In this document: piece by piece, positions 36,167-39,798 of the stretch
Position numbering within the stretch: the stretch's first letter is position 1
Layout of the letters: each line of letters opens with the position of its first letter
Source: a virus
Taxonomy: Duplodnaviria > Caudoviricetes
Virus record (IMG/VR): IMGVR_UViG_3300020045_004557
Coordinates: 1-39,798 of that record
Length of the DNA stretch: 39,798 nt
Direction: 5' to 3' (one strand)
Notes under the pieces: model-generated
What the model was told of the DNA's origin: nothing
Databases searched by the model: none
What the model saw: the letters and a program-made list of their open reading frames with translations, nothing else
Position numbers and translations under genes: made by a program

Positions 36167-36526
36167 TTAACGGCTAAGCCCTGCTTCTATCAGATCGAGC
36201 TTTGCTCGCGTCTGTATTGAGGTTAAAGTCGTTTCAGCAATGCCTATCAGCTTCTTGGCAATCTCACTTTCTGCTTCGGCTTCTCGTTTGGCTCGTAATT
36301 GTGCCGCACATATCCTTGTAGCCTCTGCATCCATAACAGCCACGGTTGGCTGTTTGCCGCCCTCTGGAACGGCTTTTGTGATCTTGTCAATAGCATCAGC
36401 CCAAGCAAGCTCAAACTCGATCTTAGCTTGTGCATCGCCCCTCGCCACGTCTGGATATTTCGTTTCCCAATGCCGCAACGTGGCCTCTGCGGTTTTCAGG
36501 TCTGCGTCTATTTCATGGAGTGCCAT
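36167..36526 (-). CDS. Helical hypothetical protein
   Basis: 119 aa, GAGG site, Ala/Glu-rich. Confidence 0.7.
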   Translation of the reverse strand: MALHEIDADLKTAEATLRHWETKYPDVARGDAQAKIEFELAWADAIDKITKAVPEGGKQPTVAVMDAEATRICAAQLRAKREAEAESEIAKKLIGIAETTLTSIQTRAKLDLIEAGLSR

Positions 36527-36537
36527 CGTGTGTTACC

Positions 36538-37260
36538 TCAAAACGGGATTGATTCATCTGCCGCGACTGCTTTGCCTTTGGCAATCAATACCTCTTTCAA
36601 GTCGGCCTTTGGTTCGTTCGCAATGGCATCGCGTTCCATCGCTTCGATTTCCGCATCATTGCCGGTGTACTCAGGCTCCGGTTCGTCAAAGGCGTTCAAC
36701 GCCTCGACTTGCGGAATGATGACGGTCATTAACCGCTCGTAAAGCCATTCGCGTTGTTTTGAGAAATCCCATTTGCCGAATGTATCTTGTGTCGGTTGTG
36801 GACATTCGCCCATATCGTCCCGAGTATATTTCCACTTGATAGTTCCCGAATCCTGACGAACGGCAAAAGCCGTTGAATCTGTTTTGCGATCATGCCAGAC
36901 GGAAAACTCAACCGGCTTTGTGTAGTCGATATTTTCTGCCAGCTTGGTGAACGAATCATAAGGACGGCTATTAAATGGAAGGTCTAACTGGAAGTAATCG
37001 CCGCCGTCACGAATATGAATCTTGATGCCCATAAACCGGGCTACGTAACTATCTTTCGTATCGTACCACTCGATCTTGCGGATCATCCCGTCAACAGCGG
37101 CATACCGCTTGATGTACTTGATGATCTGCTCGTTTGTCCGTGGATTCGTTACCTCGATAGGCTCATAACCCTCTCGCGGTTCTTTCGATTCTAAAACTAA
37201 GCTGTGATGCTTTACCAATAGGTAAGCTGTATTGTTGTCTGTTTTTTCTTTCAGTCCCAT
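36538..37260 (-). CDS. Putative single-stranded DNA-binding protein
   Basis: Acidic C-terminal region ending 'DESIPF'. AGGAG site. Confidence 0.6.
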   Translation of the reverse strand: MGLKEKTDNNTAYLLVKHHSLVLESKEPREGYEPIEVTNPRTNEQIIKYIKRYAAVDGMIRKIEWYDTKDSYVARFMGIKIHIRDGGDYFQLDLPFNSRPYDSFTKLAENIDYTKPVEFSVWHDRKTDSTAFAVRQDSGTIKWKYTRDDMGECPQPTQDTFGKWDFSKQREWLYERLMTVIIPQVEALNAFDEPEPEYTGNDAEIEAMERDAIANEPKADLKEVLIAKGKAVAADESIPF

Positions 37261-37332
37261 TCGTTTTCTCCTGACTGCTATTTTGTTTGTTGCAGGGCCG
37301 ATGGCTGCTACGGCACACTATCCGGCACTTTT

Positions 37333-37632
37333 TCAGCCGAAACTTGTTGATCTGTTTTCAATCAAACTTGCGGTCACCGCTTTGTCCTCTTGCGAGCAGT
37401 AGTGACACGGCTCGTAATACTCTGGGTCATTGATATTGTCACCAACACCCAAGCCAACTTGCCCCGTGTTACCACAAAGTTCGCATTTGCGATTAGGATT
37501 CTGCCAACAAAACCTCTCGTGCCTTTCGACGGCTTTGATCATCGCTCGATACGATAGGCAAAACTGGCATTTGAATCTCGGTCGTGTTTTAACTGGTATA
37601 GGCATCTTTAACCTCAGAATGGAATCGGCCAA
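37333..37632 (-). CDS. Zinc-finger hypothetical protein
   Basis: 'CQFC...HERFC..NP', 'CELC', 'CHYC'. The true start is probably the internal MPIP. Confidence 0.65.
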   Translation of the reverse strand: MADSILRLKMPIPVKTRPRFKCQFCLSYRAMIKAVERHERFCWQNPNRKCELCGNTGQVGLGVGDNINDPEYYEPCHYCSQEDKAVTASLIENRSTSFG

Positions 37633-37862
37633 TTCCTACGTTCCTTAATAGCTTCGGGGCTATAAATGTCCACGTCGCTAACGCTGTCCGCTATCTCGGT
37701 CATTTCGTCCGTTAGACGCTGCATCCGGCCTATTGATCTGCCGAGTTCGTAATGCCAGTTAGCGTAACGTAAACGCTCTTCATACATAGCCGCTAAGTAG
37801 CTGGCTTCGTCGTCGTTAGGTTGGTTGAGTGCTTCGATTGTCATACTGCACACACTTTGCAT
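37614..37862 (-). CDS. Hypothetical protein
   Basis: ORF in the coupled early cluster, ending 'PIPF'. Confidence 0.55.
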   Translation of the reverse strand: MQSVCSMTIEALNQPNDDEASYLAAMYEERLRYANWHYELGRSIGRMQRLTDEMTEIADSVSDVDIYSPEAIKERRNWPIPF

Positions 37863-38026
37863 ATTACATCCCCATCATCTATCCGCCACCCGGCCTCAAA
37901 AGCTGAATTGGCTAATTGGCACGCATCCCCAAACGCATTTTTGATGCGTTCCCCGCAAGACTCACACCGAAGGAATGTGATAACTCTGTCTGCTAACTCA
38001 CTCTCTTGTTCGTCTTGGTATGTCAT
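37841..38026 (-). CDS. Small zinc-ribbon protein
   Basis: 'CESCG...AGW...ICKVC'. Confidence 0.65.
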   Translation of the reverse strand: MTYQDEQESELADRVITFLRCESCGERIKNAFGDACQLANSAFEAGWRIDDGDVICKVCAV

Positions 38027-38184
38027 TACGTTCTTGCCTCCACAAAGTCCTTCAATGGTTCGTTAAGCCGCCAGGCATCGCCCTCGATCTGCGATATAAA
38101 CTCTCGCTTCTGTTCTGTCGTTAAACGATCCCATAGCCGCGAGTTCTCTTGACGGATGCGATTGATGATCTCGTTGTCTGACAT
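38026..38184 (-). CDS. 52-aa hypothetical protein; not in the ORF track
   Basis: MSDNEIINRIRQENSRLWDRLTTEQK... fills the gap exactly, with a TAATG overlap. Confidence 0.6.
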   Translation of the reverse strand: MSDNEIINRIRQENSRLWDRLTTEQKREFISQIEGDAWRLNEPLKDFVEART

Positions 38185-38185
38185 A

Positions 38186-38464
38186 TCAATACCCCGCTAC
38201 TTGCAAGCAAAACGCCGCAATAAATAACGCCACGGGAATCCACGCCACGATCATTACTTCGCCAAGTGTGACCTTGCCGCCTTTCATCGCGTAAGGCTCA
38301 TCGCGTAGGTATCCTTGTTCGTCAACGTACATTGCAACCGGCTCGCCGTCTGCATCCTCGAACTCGATAACGCCGCAAGGCTCGTGGCATTCGCCGCATC
38401 GCTGGCCGTAGGTTTCGTCTGTTAGGTTTGCCCCGCAACAGGTGGATAGTTGGTCGTTAGTCAT
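38186..38464 (-). CDS. Small Cys-rich protein with C-terminal TM
   Basis: 'STCCGA...RCGECHEPC' and a hydrophobic tail. Confidence 0.65.
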   Translation of the reverse strand: MTNDQLSTCCGANLTDETYGQRCGECHEPCGVIEFEDADGEPVAMYVDEQGYLRDEPYAMKGGKVTLGEVMIVAWIPVALFIAAFCLQVAGY

Positions 38465-38661
38465 TTTGCCTCCCGTTGCGATGCTCGTGGTGTTTCGTAA
38501 ATAAGTTCTGCGAAATGTGATGAGTCCTCTTTACCAAAAGCATCAACAATTGCTTCTGCCATCACCCTTTCGTCGAGGATCTCGCAGAGTTTGGAAAACA
38601 TCGCGGCGGCATCCTCGCTAGTCATATCGTATACTTGTCGTTCTATCGTTTCGTTAGTCAT
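38461..38661 (-). CDS. Small acidic early protein
   Basis: AAGGAG site. First gene after the promoter at 38744-38772. Confidence 0.7.
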   Translation of the reverse strand: MTNETIERQVYDMTSEDAAAMFSKLCEILDERVMAEAIVDAFGKEDSSHFAELIYETPRASQREAK

Positions 38662-38743
38662 TGCGTTTCTCCTTTTAACTTTTCAACGTTTGCCAGCATC
38701 TTTGTTTTACTGTCGGCTTGCTTTGCATCTCCCGACACTTAAG

Positions 38744-38772
38744 ATAGTAAATTATTTTTTTACTAATGTCAA
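38744..38772 (-). promoter_or_regulatory. Early sigma70-type promoter
   Basis: TTGACA-17-TACTAT. Confidence 0.75.
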
Positions 38773-38981
38773 GTAATTGGCAAAAATAATTTCGTTACGG
38801 CTTTTTCGATGCGATACCCTAGCCGCTCCGCTATCTTTGACGAGATCGGAAACTTGTTGTTATGCGTCAACATCGACACATAAGACTCGGTAACGCCTAG
38901 ATCAAGTGCCACCTCTTTGCGGCCCGTCTGCTTAACTTTGAACTGGATGATTTCGCGAAGGTCTGCTTCTGTTTTTGTCAT
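38769..38981 (-). CDS. Cro-like HTH regulator
   Basis: 'KEVALDLGVTESYVSML' HTH, 70 aa. Confidence 0.8.
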   Translation of the reverse strand: MTKTEADLREIIQFKVKQTGRKEVALDLGVTESYVSMLTHNNKFPISSKIAERLGYRIEKAVTKLFLPIT

Positions 38982-38988
38982 ACACGCG

Positions 38989-39018
38989 ATTATATACTAA
39001 AAGTTTTGCCCATGTAAA
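38989..39018 (-). promoter_or_regulatory. Promoter giving a probably leaderless mRNA for the HTH gene
   Basis: TTTACA-18-TATAAT, 7 nt before the ATG. No Shine-Dalgarno sequence. Confidence 0.65.
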
Positions 39019-39060
39019 GGCGATTAGTTAACGGAACGCGATTACAGAGCGTCTAAACGG

Positions 39061-39267
39061 TCAAAACCGCCCAAGGCTGTCAAGACCTTCGCTAATGGCA
39101 TCATTTACGCAATCAACGAACGCCATTTCCTGATAAGGATACTCACGCAATAACTCGCGCAGAGTCTTGACTTCGCATAGTTCCGATACCGGAATTCCGG
39201 TATCGGAGGCAAGAGCAGACAAGAACGCCTGTGTGCCCTTGGTGTCAAGGTAGCTGAGATTGGTCAT
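39061..39267 (-). CDS. Small hypothetical protein
   Basis: AGGAG site, 68 aa. Confidence 0.65.
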   Translation of the reverse strand: MTNLSYLDTKGTQAFLSALASDTGIPVSELCEVKTLRELLREYPYQEMAFVDCVNDAISEGLDSLGRF

Positions 39268-39314
39268 AATTACTCCTATTAGTTTCGAACCGCACTAAAA
39301 GGAAATGGCAGGGG

Positions 39315-39344
39315 TTGACAAAGTTAACCCGTTGGGTGTACATT
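39315..39344 (+). promoter_or_regulatory. Rightward sigma70-type promoter
   Basis: TTGACA-18-TACATT. Confidence 0.55.
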
Positions 39345-39393
39345 CGTAATGCTATCCCGTGCTTATCCTTTTAGGCACAAATTGAAAATTGAG

Positions 39394-39479
39394 TGGGGCC
39401 AGCGGGGTTCGAACCCCGCTCGGCGTTTTCAGTCACTCGAGTCCTAGCCGAGCGTGCTACCTGTTTGCACCATGACCCC
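39394..39479 (-). tRNA. Atypical tRNA or tRNA-like RNA, anticodon AGG (nominally Pro), long variable region, no encoded CCA
   Basis: Acceptor GGGGUCA/UGGCCCC plus A, D arm GUGC/GCAC with GG, anticodon arm CUCGG-CUAGGAC-UCGAG, T arm containing GGUUCGAAC. Confidence 0.75.
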
Positions 39480-39496
39480 GTAAATTTTCAAACAAT

Positions 39497-39545
39497 ATCG
39501 CGTTAGAGTGTCCGTGAAAATATGCTCTAACGCGATTCCTTTTTT
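39497..39545 (+). terminator. Intrinsic terminator facing right
   Basis: ATCGCGTTAGAGTGT / ATGCTCTAACGCGAT stem, whose G-U pairs work on the + strand, followed by TCCTTTTTT. Confidence 0.65.
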
Positions 39546-39601
39546 AAAAAGGAATATCTGAGCTGTCAGCCCAAATATCCGGCATTAAAGATAAAACTTT
39601 G

Positions 39602-39677
39602 GGTAGTGGACTAATCCTGTGGTGTTTCTGATTTCCTGAAAATGAGCCCAATACCCACTGCTAATATAAACCCAAAA
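39602..39677. mobile_element. Left end of the same IS1-like mini element (inverted repeat at 39602-39626)
   Basis: 25-bp imperfect inverted repeat with 449-473. A second inner inverted match pairs TTTCCTGAAAATG (39632-39644) with CATTTTCAAGAAA (421-433). Confidence 0.65.
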
Positions 39678-39798
39678 ATCAAGATCAGAGCCAAATCTTG
39701 TGTAAAGTGCGGCGGGACACCGGGGTCGAGGAGTCCAATAATACCGACCCCACTCCAGTTCCGTTCGGGTAAATCAAAGTTGTCCCCGAATATTGGAA
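39678..39798. repeat. Terminal direct repeat, copy 2
   Basis: Identical to 1-121. Confidence 0.95.

Noticed and set aside
39394-39479. Amber suppressor tRNA (CUA in the loop) and stop-codon recoding together with the PrmC-like gene
   Set aside because: In the 7-nt loop CUA occupies positions 32-34, not 34-36. Core genes are intact in the standard code and several end in TAG.

Overview
The window looks like the complete genome of a tailed dsDNA phage with a non-contractile (siphovirus-type) tail. Bases 1-121 repeat exactly at 39678-39798, giving a 39,677-bp circle. Essentially every credible gene is on the minus strand. Reading right to left in transcription order, the modules are: (1) a tRNA-like gene, a Cro-like HTH gene and small early genes; (2) an SSB-like protein, a split C5-cytosine methyltransferase, an HNH nuclease, a resolvase-like nuclease, an SNF2-like helicase with an amino-DNA methyltransferase, and a replication initiator and partner; (3) a DUF6745-like repeat protein pair; (4) lysis genes; (5) TerS, TerL, portal and head morphogenesis protein; (6) an accessory fibre/decoration operon that contains a PrmC/HemK-like methyltransferase; (7) scaffold, major capsid and neck genes; (8) two tail-tube paralogues, a frameshifted tail chaperone, tape measure, a GTA-type baseplate and a tail fibre. 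I found no integrase, CI-like repressor or partition system. A 549-bp transposase-less element with IS1-like ends spans the contig junction. The most notable observations are a duplicated promoter plus covarying leader-RNA/terminator motif ahead of two late operons, a G8 tract that decides which frame the C5-MTase motif I joins, a truncated PrmC-like enzyme among virion genes, and an atypical tRNA with an AGG anticodon and long variable region that also appears to be covered by an antisense transcription unit. All family assignments come from recognising motifs by eye, with no database searches. The host cannot be determined from this sequence.
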